From a virus, in the IMG/VR virus record IMGVR_UViG_3300045977_000336, positions 1 to 64,000 of that record: 64,000 nt of DNA; one strand, 5' to 3'. Made by a program: the position numbers and the translations under genes. Positions 47,626-57,136 of the stretch are shown here, piece after piece. The notes beneath the pieces were generated by a model that worked only from the letters and a program-made list of their open reading frames with translations, did not search any database and was not told the DNA's origin. Each line of letters starts with the position of its first letter. The stretch's first letter is position 1.

Positions 47626-47838
47626 CTACCCTAACAAGTGCATCACCACATACTGTTCGCTGATACTCCAGGACCGCCGATGTATTTGCTGTGGCAGTCG
47701 CCGCGTCAACTGACGCGTCAACTGACGCGTCAGCCCCTTTTGCCGGAAAAGCCAACGCCACCACACCGTCCCCCAGACCGTGATCTGTTGGACGGTCGTG
47801 AGTGCCGCCAGCATGGTTTTGAACTCGTCGTTATTCAT
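47626..47838 (-). CDS. 70-aa protein coupled to the repressor gene
   Basis: MNNDEFKTML..QQ..WWRWLFR; ATGA overlap with repressor stop. Confidence 0.7.
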   Translation of the reverse strand: MNNDEFKTMLAALTTVQQITVWGTVWWRWLFRQKGLTRQLTRQLTRRLPQQIHRRSWSISEQYVVMHLLG

Positions 47839-48209
47839 GACTTTGACTCACTACGGCGCGGCTTCTTCCGCTGGGTCCGCTCCCACTTACTACGCACCAT
47901 CGCCCGGAAGTCTTCCTGATCTTCCTCGGAGAGATCGTTCAGCATGGAGGCCGTGGATTCGACGATCGGGTTGTACTTTGGAGTTTCCGATGAAGCGGCC
48001 AGGCCTGCGATTTCTAAGACCTGGATGTCGGTCATTCCAAATGCCCGTGCAATTCCTCGGCAGAATTCCACGCCGGGATTACGCTCACGACTTAACACCT
48101 TACTCAGGTGGCCCGTGTGAAGATTAGCCAAGCGCGCCAAGTCTGCCTGACGCAAACCACGCGCATCCATTTCGCTTTGGAGCCAGTCGGCAAAATCCGT
48201 TTTTGTCAT
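47835..48209 (-). CDS. XRE-family HTH immunity repressor
   Basis: FADWL..RGLRQADLAR..HLSKVL..RNPG..IARAF. Confidence 0.9.
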   Translation of the reverse strand: MTKTDFADWLQSEMDARGLRQADLARLANLHTGHLSKVLSRERNPGVEFCRGIARAFGMTDIQVLEIAGLAASSETPKYNPIVESTASMLNDLSEEDQEDFRAMVRSKWERTQRKKPRRSESKS

Positions 48210-48262
48210 TTGGGTTTATTTACTCACATTTGGCACACACAGTGGCGAGTAAAAATTGCCTA

Positions 48263-48290
48263 TTGACAAGTCAAGAAAAGGCTATATACT
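48263..48290 (+). promoter_or_regulatory. Early rightward promoter
   Basis: TTGACA-N16-TATACT; GAGTAAA motif three times nearby. Confidence 0.75.
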
Positions 48291-48326
48291 ATTGTCATCA
48301 GCGAGTAAATGGAGTCAAGAGACAAC

Positions 48327-48617
48327 ATGCCAACCAAAGCCGCCTATTCCCTGAAAGCCGAGACCGTCAAAATCATCAAAGAGATTGCCGACAAGACGTA
48401 TCGTTCGCAAAGTGCCGTGGTCGATATGGCCATCGCCTTGCTGGCCGAGAAAGTTCTGGCCGAAGACGGCGCCGTCGATCTCCCCACCCCGCCCCCGGCC
48501 GCGCCCGCGGCGCGCGCACCTCGCAAGTCACCCAAGTCTTCGTCAAAAAAAGCACTCCGCGCGATCCCCGGCGTGCAGCGCGGGCTTAAGCAGCAAACCC
48601 TCTTGGAGGCCGCATGA
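48327..48617 (+). CDS. Ribbon-helix-helix regulator in the Cro position
   Basis: AAYSLKAETVKIIKEIA..SQSAVVDMAI pattern. Confidence 0.7.
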   Translation: MPTKAAYSLKAETVKIIKEIADKTYRSQSAVVDMAIALLAEKVLAEDGAVDLPTPPPAAPAARAPRKSPKSSSKKALRAIPGVQRGLKQQTLLEAA

Positions 48618-48859
48618 CACATACCACCCGTACGGGCAGACCCACGTGTCTGCCTCTGACCTCCGACCAACTCGACGCCATGACGGAGTTGTGCGAACAA
48701 CTGCTCGCCTATTTTCCGACCTGGCAGGCCAAGCGCGCCGCGCAGAGCGCCGCCGCTGTGCCGCAACGCGCTTCAGCACACGCCAAGCGCACTCGGCGCG
48801 CGGCTGCCACATCCCGGCCGCAGAATCGTATCCGCCGAGAACAGGCTATCACACGATGA
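48614..48859 (+). CDS. Hypothetical protein
   Basis: ATGA-coupled on both sides. Confidence 0.6.
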   Translation: MTHTTRTGRPTCLPLTSDQLDAMTELCEQLLAYFPTWQAKRAAQSAAAVPQRASAHAKRTRRAAATSRPQNRIRREQAITR

Positions 48860-49173
48860 ATGCCTTGACGCTATCTGCACTCTTTCTGGCGGTCATCTGG
48901 GGCGCTATCTACGCCGCCTTCTTGCAGTTCACCACGCTGGGCCGCTGGATGTGCAATCGGCGCACCTACATAACCGTCATCGTCGGCATCGGCATCGATT
49001 TCGCCATCATGTTGCTGGTCATTCCCGTAGAGTACGTCTTAACCGCTTTCGTGGTCGTTGGGCTGTCCGCCGTCGGCATCGTTATCCGCTCGATCTTGAA
49101 CGAACTCTCAGAGCATCGAGAACTGGAGAGCATCAATGCCTCGCCTGCCCACGAACGCGATCAACGGTATTGA
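48856..49173 (+). CDS. Three-TM membrane protein
   Basis: Start MNALTL; hydrophobic segments. Confidence 0.7.
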   Translation: MNALTLSALFLAVIWGAIYAAFLQFTTLGRWMCNRRTYITVIVGIGIDFAIMLLVIPVEYVLTAFVVVGLSAVGIVIRSILNELSEHRELESINASPAHERDQRY

Positions 49174-49363
49174 GGACATCATGTGCCTGTGCCGCAAGGC
49201 ACGTCGTGAATGGCAGGATGCAATGGATCGAGCGCTCAAGACCAATGACGTGATTGAACAGGCCAGGCTGGGGTTGCTGCGCGATACCCTGGCCGAGATC
49301 GAGCGCAAAGCCCGCGATGCGCGTTCGAACAGATATGAAGATGAATCGGCGTTAGCGGGATAA
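49136..49363 (+). CDS. Hypothetical helical protein
   Basis: GGAG RBS; 75 aa. Confidence 0.6.
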   Translation: MPRLPTNAINGIEDIMCLCRKARREWQDAMDRALKTNDVIEQARLGLLRDTLAEIERKARDARSNRYEDESALAG

Positions 49364-49465
49364 AAAAACAGCCGATTGGCTGCAACCCAATCGGCAAGGC
49401 AAGGTCAGGTGGACGAGCGTCCACCATCACTTGCAAGTGTAGCAGAAAGTGAAGGCAAGGTCAAT

Positions 49466-49930
49466 ATGCAAAAAAATACCCGTCGAACCTGCTGTGTCAA
49501 AGGGTGCCCCAACACCCCGCTCAAAGGCCGCAAGACCTGTGGCCGCCACGGCAAGCGATCATCAACCGCTACCCATCGCTCACGCTTCCTCCACCTCAAT
49601 TGTTCCATCCCCCTCTACCGGATGGACATGCCGGACGCCGCCGCTGCTCAACCGCTCAGCGATCTTCCAGCCGATCGGCCCTACAGCCGTGACGTCACCG
49701 TCCGCGCGAACTCCCGCCAGTTAGTCGCCATCGTCGGCCTGCCCACCAGCCGCGAGAACATGATCGCCTTTCTCGAAGACTGGCTGGCTCGCCCCGGCCA
49801 CACCCTGGCCGACCTCGAACGCCTCACCCCCGCGCAGCTGCTCCCCTCGCCGCAAATGGCCAACGCCTACTGCGACGCCGCCCGCCAATTGGTCCTGGCC
49901 GACCTTTCGCAGAACGGAGGTGCGGAATGA
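49466..49930 (+). CDS. Hypothetical protein with N-terminal C/H zinc-finger
   Basis: CCVKGC...CGRH. Confidence 0.6.
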   Translation: MQKNTRRTCCVKGCPNTPLKGRKTCGRHGKRSSTATHRSRFLHLNCSIPLYRMDMPDAAAAQPLSDLPADRPYSRDVTVRANSRQLVAIVGLPTSRENMIAFLEDWLARPGHTLADLERLTPAQLLPSPQMANAYCDAARQLVLADLSQNGGAE

Positions 49931-50406
49931 CCGATCAGACTCGCACCCTCCCGCAAATAGCATGGCCCGCAGTACCGGCCACCGCCGAACTGGATGCGCT
50001 GAAAGCCGCTGCCGATGAGAAGCACGCGGCCTTCAAGCAACGCGGCCAGGTCCCGATCGAGGCGTACACCCGCTCGGGCTACGTCGCCTACTTCGACCAC
50101 GCCGGCGCGCGCTACTCCCTCAGCACCTTCCTGTGCAACTGCGCGGAGCTCTCAATCACCTTGTCATCCGACAATACCCCGCGCGAATACCTCAACGCCA
50201 CCTACACCTGCGCCACCCATGGCGCTCACCAATCCACCGCCATCCGCTGCGCCGCGCCCAGCGTGACGCACACGGACAGCGCCGCGTTTGCCTGGGTCGA
50301 ACAGCGCCACCGCCGCGACCGCCGCGTTCAGTGGGGCATGGCTAGACACTCTCTCCCTTCCACCTTTGGGGGAGGGGCTGGGGGTGAGGGAGGGGGCCAA
50401 TCATGA
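49927..50406 (+). CDS. Hypothetical protein
   Basis: GGAGG RBS; ATGA coupling. Confidence 0.6.
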   Translation: MTDQTRTLPQIAWPAVPATAELDALKAAADEKHAAFKQRGQVPIEAYTRSGYVAYFDHAGARYSLSTFLCNCAELSITLSSDNTPREYLNATYTCATHGAHQSTAIRCAAPSVTHTDSAAFAWVEQRHRRDRRVQWGMARHSLPSTFGGGAGGEGGGQS

Positions 50407-51158
50407 ACGCCAACTGGTCAGACTACGAACGATTCCTCAAACCCATCCACCTCAAAGGCGGCGAGCGCACCCTGACCATCACGCGCATCAGCGAAGAGGA
50501 CACCCACCCGCGTCCCGGCGAGACAGTCAAGTCGCCCGTCCTGTGGTTCCGTGAACTGCCCTTCGGCCTCATCCTCTCATCCACCAACCGGCAGACTCTC
50601 ATCGCGCTCTACGGTGACGAAATCGGGCAATGCATCGGCAAGCCCATCACGGTTCTTGCCGTGGACGTCAAAGTCGGCGGCAAGCCCAAACAGCCGATCC
50701 GCATTCAAAAGAAGCGCCCTAACGCCCCGCACGTCGAACCATCCACCGGCGAGATCGTCCCCCCTCTCCCTGTTGGGAGACGAGACAGTCCCCATCTTTT
50801 GGTGGGAGGGGAAGCCGCAGGTGCCGATGCGGTTCCGGCAGTGGGTGAGGTTGAGGTCACTCCAGATCAACCCGCCGAGACGCCCACCAGCACACCTGCG
50901 CCGCTCAGCGAACTCGACGCCCATTTCGGCACACCCAAAATCACCGCCACGGCTGAACCCAAACCGGAAATGACGCCGATCGAAATCCTGCCCTCGACTG
51001 AGGCTCAGTTTAGTGGCTGGCTCAAGCATCACGGCTGGAACGGCAAAGAGACGCATAACGTGCTCGGCACGGATGCCAAGACCTGGCTGCGCCAGAATTC
51101 CGGCAAAGGCTGGGCCGACATCGCCCAGCTCGTCGCCGCCACACTGGGACAGCAGTAG
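50403..51158 (+). CDS. Conserved phage early protein, possibly ssDNA-binding-like
   Basis: FLK..L..TLTI..LILSSTN..IGKPIT motif. Confidence 0.55.
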   Translation: MNANWSDYERFLKPIHLKGGERTLTITRISEEDTHPRPGETVKSPVLWFRELPFGLILSSTNRQTLIALYGDEIGQCIGKPITVLAVDVKVGGKPKQPIRIQKKRPNAPHVEPSTGEIVPPLPVGRRDSPHLLVGGEAAGADAVPAVGEVEVTPDQPAETPTSTPAPLSELDAHFGTPKITATAEPKPEMTPIEILPSTEAQFSGWLKHHGWNGKETHNVLGTDAKTWLRQNSGKGWADIAQLVAATLGQQ

Positions 51159-51168
51159 GAGATCCCGC

Positions 51169-51408
51169 ATGGAATCTGCCATCCAGATCCAACATCGGCA
51201 ATTCGTGGCCGACCTCATCAAGTGCGCTCCGCACGGCGAGCGCGCCCGCGAACTGCGCGTCATGATCCGCCGCCTGGAAGCCGTCGCGCCGGAATTGGAA
51301 CAGGAACGGATCGGCGCCATGCAAGCGCACCTGGGCCGCGTGCCACCCAGCCTGCCCGCTGCGCTCGCCGGCTTGAGCGGATACCCCTACGACTCGGAGG
51401 CGCAATGA
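51169..51408 (+). CDS. Hypothetical protein
   Basis: AGGAG RBS; start MESAIQ. Confidence 0.55.
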   Translation: MESAIQIQHRQFVADLIKCAPHGERARELRVMIRRLEAVAPELEQERIGAMQAHLGRVPPSLPAALAGLSGYPYDSEAQ

Positions 51409-51758
51409 ATGGGCGCAGTCTTGGCAGTGAGTATAGCGTGCCTTCTGGTGCTGTTGTTCCTGTCTTATCACTCCAGCCGGGAAGAGGCGTCTTGATGGTG
51501 CGCCTCAACGTCCACCGCAACACGTGGCACGTGCCCATCGAACTAGACCGCACCCTGTGCGGCGAGCAATTCATTCATGTCGAAGAAGTCGCAGTTGGCG
51601 CGCCATATATGGCGCCGCAGCCCTTCATGTGCGGCCAATGCCGCCGGCGTCTGTGCACTCACTCTAACTCTCACTCATCAGGAGGCTATCATGAACATCA
51701 TCGACGAACTATTCGAACTTGGCTCAGCCGTCATCGACCACGAACGCGACGCCGCTGA
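51405..51758 (+). CDS. Hypothetical zinc-finger protein
   Basis: WH..TLCG..CGQC. Confidence 0.5.
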   Translation: MNGRSLGSEYSVPSGAVVPVLSLQPGRGVLMVRLNVHRNTWHVPIELDRTLCGEQFIHVEEVAVGAPYMAPQPFMCGQCRRRLCTHSNSHSSGGYHEHHRRTIRTWLSRHRPRTRRR

Positions 51759-52893
51759 GCAGGCGCGCGCCGATCAACGGGCGAAGGATGACGCGGAGTT
51801 TCGTCGCAAGGTGGACCTCATCGCCGACGCCACCGGCACCGACGCCGACACGCTGATCAACAGCCTTGGCCTGCGCTACACAAGACAATTCGACTATCCA
51901 TTCCTGCTGACTTATCTGGGCCACACGGCCTCCATCCGGGTCGCTCCGCCGCGTGGCTTGGGCAACGGAACCAGCCCAGACGAGGTGGTCTTTGACAGCG
52001 ACCACAAGGCCGCAACCCCTCGTGAATCACTCGCGAAATTCATAACGTGCGCCCGGACCAACTACTTGGCCAGGAAAGACAAGTTGGTGAAGCGGCTGCG
52101 CGCGGCTGAAGGGCTGGAAAGGTTCTCTTCCCTCCAGCGCGAAGAACCGGCGTGGCACGAGGCCGAAGTGCAGCGGGCCGCCATCGCGCATTTATTTTGT
52201 TTTGAACCGACCGCCGGTGCACCCAGCTGGCACATTGAACTCTGGCTGTCCAACGCCGCCATGTTCGACGCCGATCCTCTCAACGTGCTGAAACTCATTG
52301 TCCGGCAGCGCTATGAAACCGATCAAAAGCGCGAGCACCTGCTGTCCTGCATTAATCGCCGCGCTGATCCGGGCACCGGGCACACGCTCGACCACGTGGA
52401 CGATGAATACGATCGCTATGCACGAGTGCCGCTCACGCGCGCCTCCCTCGACGTGCTGTGGTCCGCCGCGCAGGATGCCGGCCTGCCCGCTGACGGCGCC
52501 GTCGTGCGCGCCATGTCCGAATTGGAAGACGAACTCACCAATTGGCAGCACCGATGCGATCTAGAACAGCAGCGCGTCGAACTCCAGCAGGCCTCGTTCC
52601 GGCCGTTCCGCTACTACGAAATCCGCTATTCGCTGCTCGGCGATAGCGACGACGGCGAAGAGCGCGAGGTCGAATGGAACAACTTCGACGTCCTGCGCGA
52701 GCAGCCGGAAGCGGACGGCTTCTATCACACGCTCGGCGGCAAAGTCATCAAACCGCGCAGCATCTTCGCCGTGCTGCGTCACGAAGTCGCGACAGTGCAG
52801 GACTATACCGCCATGGGCTGGTCGAAGCGCTTCACACAGCCGACCGACTGTGGCGACATCCGCGTCGTGCCGGATGGAGCGGAGTTGATCTAA
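51691..52893 (+). CDS. Hypothetical protein (400 aa)
   Basis: AGGAGG RBS; start MNIIDE. Confidence 0.75.
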   Translation: MNIIDELFELGSAVIDHERDAAEQARADQRAKDDAEFRRKVDLIADATGTDADTLINSLGLRYTRQFDYPFLLTYLGHTASIRVAPPRGLGNGTSPDEVVFDSDHKAATPRESLAKFITCARTNYLARKDKLVKRLRAAEGLERFSSLQREEPAWHEAEVQRAAIAHLFCFEPTAGAPSWHIELWLSNAAMFDADPLNVLKLIVRQRYETDQKREHLLSCINRRADPGTGHTLDHVDDEYDRYARVPLTRASLDVLWSAAQDAGLPADGAVVRAMSELEDELTNWQHRCDLEQQRVELQQASFRPFRYYEIRYSLLGDSDDGEEREVEWNNFDVLREQPEADGFYHTLGGKVIKPRSIFAVLRHEVATVQDYTAMGWSKRFTQPTDCGDIRVVPDGAELI

Positions 52894-52898
52894 GGTGG

Positions 52899-53825
52899 AT
52901 GTCAATGCCTAAGATTTGCTACACCCCTAAACAATTTTCAGAAGGCTCACTGCTCATCATCGCCAAGGCGAATGCGATCATTGCCGAATATGCGCGGCTT
53001 GGCTTTGACCTGACATTGCGGCAACTCTATTACCAGTTTGTGAGCCGCGGGCTGATTCCAAATAAGGACACCGAATACAAGCGACTGGGCAGCATCATCA
53101 ACGACGCCCGGCTGGCCGGCCTCATCGACTGGAATGCGATCACGGATAGAACGCGCAATCTCCGCGGACTGAGTCACTGGTCAAACCCTGGCGACATTAT
53201 CCACAGCGCGGCGAAGTCGTATCACGTCGATAAATGGGAAGACCAGGAATACCGGGTCGAGGTGTGGATCGAGAAGGACGCCCTGGTCGGCGTGATCGGC
53301 GGCGTCTGCCATGAACTGGACCTGCCGTATTTCAGTTGCCGTGGCTACACCAGCCAGTCTGAAATGTGGGTGGCCGCGCAGCGTCTGCTGGGCTACATCC
53401 GCAAAGGCCAGACACCTTTGATTCTACATCTGGGCGATCACGATCCGAGCGGGAAAGACATGACGCGCGACATCACCGATCGACTCGTGCTGTTCACCGA
53501 GAGCGAATTCGATCTGAAACGGCTGGCGCTGAATATGGATCAGGTCGAGACATACAGCCCTCCGCCGAATCCCGCGAAGATTACCGACTCACGTGCCACG
53601 GCCTACATCCTGCAATACGGCAACGAGTCCTGGGAACTGGATGCCCTGGAGCCGACGGTGATCGCTGACCTCATCCGAAACGCGGTGGACGATGTGCGCG
53701 ATCAAGAGAAATGGGATAAGGCCGTCGAGCGTGAGAACCGCGGGATCGCGCTGCTGGAACGTGCCTCGAGCGATTGGAGCACGGTCGAGCAACAGCTGAC
53801 CAGGCGGATGAAAGCGGAGGAATAA
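52899..53825 (+). CDS. Topo VI-A/Spo11-like wHTH-TOPRIM protein
   Basis: TLRQLYYQ, VWIEKDAL, GDHDPSG, WELDAL. Confidence 0.85.
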   Translation: MSMPKICYTPKQFSEGSLLIIAKANAIIAEYARLGFDLTLRQLYYQFVSRGLIPNKDTEYKRLGSIINDARLAGLIDWNAITDRTRNLRGLSHWSNPGDIIHSAAKSYHVDKWEDQEYRVEVWIEKDALVGVIGGVCHELDLPYFSCRGYTSQSEMWVAAQRLLGYIRKGQTPLILHLGDHDPSGKDMTRDITDRLVLFTESEFDLKRLALNMDQVETYSPPPNPAKITDSRATAYILQYGNESWELDALEPTVIADLIRNAVDDVRDQEKWDKAVERENRGIALLERASSDWSTVEQQLTRRMKAEE

Positions 53826-53827
53826 GG

Positions 53828-54049
53828 ATGGCGGCAGCGATATTGCCCAGGCCCGGCGCGCCGACCGGGCCGTGCAAACAAGACTGCAATCACAAAGATT
53901 GCGCCGAGACCCGGCACATGGCCGCCGAACTCTGCACGCATTGCCACCACCCGATCGGCTTCGGCGTGCGCTTCTATCGCGACGACGATCACCTGGTGCA
54001 CGCCCTCTGTTTTGAACAGGCCGTCGAAAGAGAAATGCTACTCGACTGA
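53828..54049 (+). CDS. Small Cys/His-rich protein
   Basis: GPC..C.H.DC, CTHC..HALC. Confidence 0.6.
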   Translation: MAAAILPRPGAPTGPCKQDCNHKDCAETRHMAAELCTHCHHPIGFGVRFYRDDDHLVHALCFEQAVEREMLLD

Positions 54050-54209
54050 GGTGGAGGTGATGAACATGAGCCCCTTACTGGTTATCGTCATTGTGATCAT
54101 GATCGTCCTGTGGCTATACAGCATCGTCGTCGTGGGCAGCCGCAGCGACCGTCACTGACCCTATCATTCCCGCGGTAGGAAGCGGGAATCCAGAAAATCA
54201 GGAGTAAAT

Positions 54210-54389
54210 ATGCGCATTAAAAACACTCAACAAACTTTCGCCAGCCAGGTGGCAGGGCGTCGCCGCTGGTGTGACAAGTGCCACCAGATGGTCAGCACGC
54301 AGCTCGGCAAATACGTCCCGCACGGCCGCACCGACGCAGCCACGTTCCAATGCCCGAACAGCGGCCAACCGGTGCCCAGGGCCTCGTAA
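54210..54389 (+). CDS. 59-aa zinc-finger-like protein (not in ORF track)
   Basis: AGGAG RBS; WCDKC..H..CPNSG. Confidence 0.55.
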   Translation: MRIKNTQQTFASQVAGRRRWCDKCHQMVSTQLGKYVPHGRTDAATFQCPNSGQPVPRAS

Positions 54390-54399
54390 TCGGACCGCT

Positions 54400-55164
54400 A
54401 TGACCCTGCAACTCGCTCCTACTCTGAAACGCGCCCTACGCGACAACAAGAACTCCAGGTTGCACATCCTGTTGGTTCTCCTGTCGCAGGCCTGCGGACC
54501 CGTTCCGATCGCGACGCCCGCCAGCGAAATCGCGCACGAACTGAACCTCAATCGCGACACCGTGAACGACGCGCTGAGCGCGATGGAACGCGACGGCTAC
54601 GTCAGCAAGGTGACCTTGGGATGGATTGCTTCCACCAAGGCCCGCCAGCTACCGCTGTCCACTCTCTTTTTGGAATCCGGCATGGAGGCCCTCCAGTCAG
54701 GTCTGTTGCCGGATCCGGGAGGGGATTGTTTCGCAGCGCCGGGGCGGAAAATTTCCGCCTCCTCTGTTGTTGTTGTTGATCAAATAGATCCCAATCAGCT
54801 AGCTGATCAACAACAACAAACAACACACGCCGCCGAGGCGGAAAAATCCCGTAGCGCCGATCGGGAAGGGGTGCGCGCGGCTCTGAAAGCGGTCGGCATC
54901 AAGCCCGGCCGGCATCATCGCGAACTGATCGCCGACCCGTGGGTCACGGTGGAGCGCGTTCGCCACTGGCAGATCGAAACGCAACGCATGATCGCAGAAG
55001 ATGCCGCCGAATTGACCAATTGCCCTGGATACATCATTCGCCGCCTGATCGAGCATGAAGAGCCACCGGTGCTGAACCGTCCCATTCGTGATAGCCATGT
55101 CGCCGCGAGCCATTCTGTCGCGGAGGAGTGGGCCCGAGTCTTAGCGCAACGCAAACGATCGTGA
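54400..55164 (+). CDS. Replication initiator-like HTH protein
   Basis: SEIAHELNLNRDTVNDAL..GYV HTH; C-terminal NCPGYIIRRL; internal inverted repeats. Confidence 0.7.
   Translation: MTLQLAPTLKRALRDNKNSRLHILLVLLSQACGPVPIATPASEIAHELNLNRDTVNDALSAMERDGYVSKVTLGWIASTKARQLPLSTLFLESGMEALQSGLLPDPGGDCFAAPGRKISASSVVVVDQIDPNQLADQQQQTTHAAEAEKSRSADREGVRAALKAVGIKPGRHHRELIADPWVTVERVRHWQIETQRMIAEDAAELTNCPGYIIRRLIEHEEPPVLNRPIRDSHVAASHSVAEEWARVLAQRKRS
54743..54851. other. Candidate replication origin within the initiator gene
   Basis: GGCGGAAAATTTCCGCC; (TTG)nATCA...TGATC(AAC)n inverted repeat; second GGCGGAAAA. Confidence 0.55.
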
Positions 55165-55165
55165 C

Positions 55166-55181
55166 CGTTTCCGCGGAAACA
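55166..55181. promoter_or_regulatory. parS/NBS-like palindrome copy 5, 20 bp upstream of parB
   Basis: CGTTTCCGCGGAAACA. Confidence 0.7.
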
Positions 55182-55201
55182 CTCATCTGATAAGGAGTCC
55201 C

Positions 55202-57076
55202 ATGACCGAGCAAATCATCGACATTGCCGTCACCCAAATTAAGCCCAACCCGCATCAGCCGCGCCAGGAATTTGACCCCGGTAAGTTGCAGGAACTGGCC
55301 GACTCGATCAAAGAGCACGGCATTCAGCAGCCCTTGATCGTCGAGCCCAGCGCCAACGGCGGCACCCATATCCTCACGGCCGGCGAGCGCCGCTGGCGAG
55401 CGGCCCAACTCGCTGGCCTGACCCACGTCCCCTGCATCGTGCGCGCCGTTGCCGACGATCGCCAGCGGCTGGAATTAGCCCTGATCGAAAACGTCCAGCG
55501 CGAAGATCTGTCGGCCGCCGAAGAAGCCCGCGCCTACCAACAGCTGCACGCCGAATTCGGCCTGACCGATGAACAGATCGGGCAGCGCGTGGGCAAAGCC
55601 CGCAGCACCATCGCCAACCTGCGCCGCCTGGCCGAACTCCCCGCCGACGTCCTCAACCTCATCGGCGAAGGCCGCGGCCAGTTAAAGATCCGCGACGCGC
55701 GCCAACTCATTGCCGTGTCGCGCCTGGTCAAGCCCGACGCCCTGACCAGGACCGCCGCCGCGATCGCCAAACTCGATCCCGACGAGCGCCGCGACATCGA
55801 TCAACATCTCGCCAGCCTCATCGAAAAATCCGCGCAGCTCATGGTGGCGTCCTGGGACCGCGCCTGGCCCAAGACCCCCATCCCTCTCCCTTTGGGAGAC
55901 CATGGCACCGAGCGCAGCGAGCGTGGTGGTAAGGATGAGGGAGATGGCGGGGTGAGGTCCATCCCCGCTTGCACCGGCTGCGAATCCTACCTGGTGCTGC
56001 ACGGCCGCTGGAACGGCACGACCGAATACTGCCTCAACCCCCAGTGCTACGCCGCCAAAGACAAACTATTTTCCGCGCACGAACTCAAACGCGTCAGCGA
56101 CAAGACCGGCATTCCCAGCGCCGCCGACGGCGACGCGCAGCGTGCCGCGCCGCTGACCCTGAACCACAGCGTCATCGACAAAGTGCGGCGCTGGATTGCC
56201 GCCGCCGAAGCCGGACACCCGCCCGAGCACTTGCGCCTGACGCTCAACGGCAACCCCCAGCGCGCGGATGGTCACTACCATCGCTCCATCACAGAATCCG
56301 CGCGCGTCTTCCTGGCCAGTGTCGATCCGGACGCGCTGAAAGATAAGCCCACCCCCTCAACCAGCAGCCGGGCCGCATCGGCGAGCACATCCGCGAGACC
56401 GGCGCCGAAGGAAACGCCGGAAGCCAAAGCCGCTCGCTTGAAGGCCGAAGAAGAAACCCGTCGACAGCTCGAAGCCGAGGCGCAAAAAGAACGGCTCGCC
56501 CGCCGCAAAGTCCAGGGCCAGGCGCGCAAAGCGCATGCCGACAGCACCTGGCTGTTGACTGCTGCCGCTCACTTCGTCGCCACCAAACTGCCCTTGAGCG
56601 GTCTGTATCTGGACGTGCTCGCCGCCTTCCTCTTCGAGGAGATCAGTTACTTAAACACCGAGACGGCCAGCGAACGCCTCGACGCCATCGACAAGGCCAT
56701 GAAGTCGGCCAAAGGCCAGGCTCGTGAAGGCCTGCTGCGCGAGCAGATCACCTGGTTCTTGATCGACAGCGGCAGCCCGCGCGAAGAGGACTGGCCCGCC
56801 GTGAAGAAACACGTCACGGAACTGCTGACCGGCGCCGGTAAAGGCCGCGGCTTTGGCCTGAAACTCCCAAAAGACCTCGCCGCGCCGCCCATCTATCACA
56901 CCGCCGCCAACTGCTGGACCTGTGGCGCCTTCGCGCCCGAAGAAACCATCACCGCCGACGACCTGAGCGACGGCTGGACCATCCAGCGCGCAAGCCAGCA
57001 GCCGTCCGACGTTCGCTGCCCCGCCTGCAGCAAGAAGGCCAAGCCGCCCGCCGCCAAGGCCAAAGCGAAGAAGTAA
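55202..57076 (+). CDS. parB: ParB/Spo0J-family CTPase with HTH and long Cys-rich C-terminal extension
   Basis: NPHQPR, AGERRWRAA, LIENVQREDL, GKARSTIAN; CTGC..C..C and CWTC..CPAC. Confidence 0.93.
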   Translation: MTEQIIDIAVTQIKPNPHQPRQEFDPGKLQELADSIKEHGIQQPLIVEPSANGGTHILTAGERRWRAAQLAGLTHVPCIVRAVADDRQRLELALIENVQREDLSAAEEARAYQQLHAEFGLTDEQIGQRVGKARSTIANLRRLAELPADVLNLIGEGRGQLKIRDARQLIAVSRLVKPDALTRTAAAIAKLDPDERRDIDQHLASLIEKSAQLMVASWDRAWPKTPIPLPLGDHGTERSERGGKDEGDGGVRSIPACTGCESYLVLHGRWNGTTEYCLNPQCYAAKDKLFSAHELKRVSDKTGIPSAADGDAQRAAPLTLNHSVIDKVRRWIAAAEAGHPPEHLRLTLNGNPQRADGHYHRSITESARVFLASVDPDALKDKPTPSTSSRAASASTSARPAPKETPEAKAARLKAEEETRRQLEAEAQKERLARRKVQGQARKAHADSTWLLTAAAHFVATKLPLSGLYLDVLAAFLFEEISYLNTETASERLDAIDKAMKSAKGQAREGLLREQITWFLIDSGSPREEDWPAVKKHVTELLTGAGKGRGFGLKLPKDLAAPPIYHTAANCWTCGAFAPEETITADDLSDGWTIQRASQQPSDVRCPACSKKAKPPAAKAKAKK

Positions 57077-57136
57077 CAACGCCCCTCTCCTCCCGTGTCC
57101 GCGGAGCGGCGGGAGGAGAGGGGTAGGGGGTGAGGT

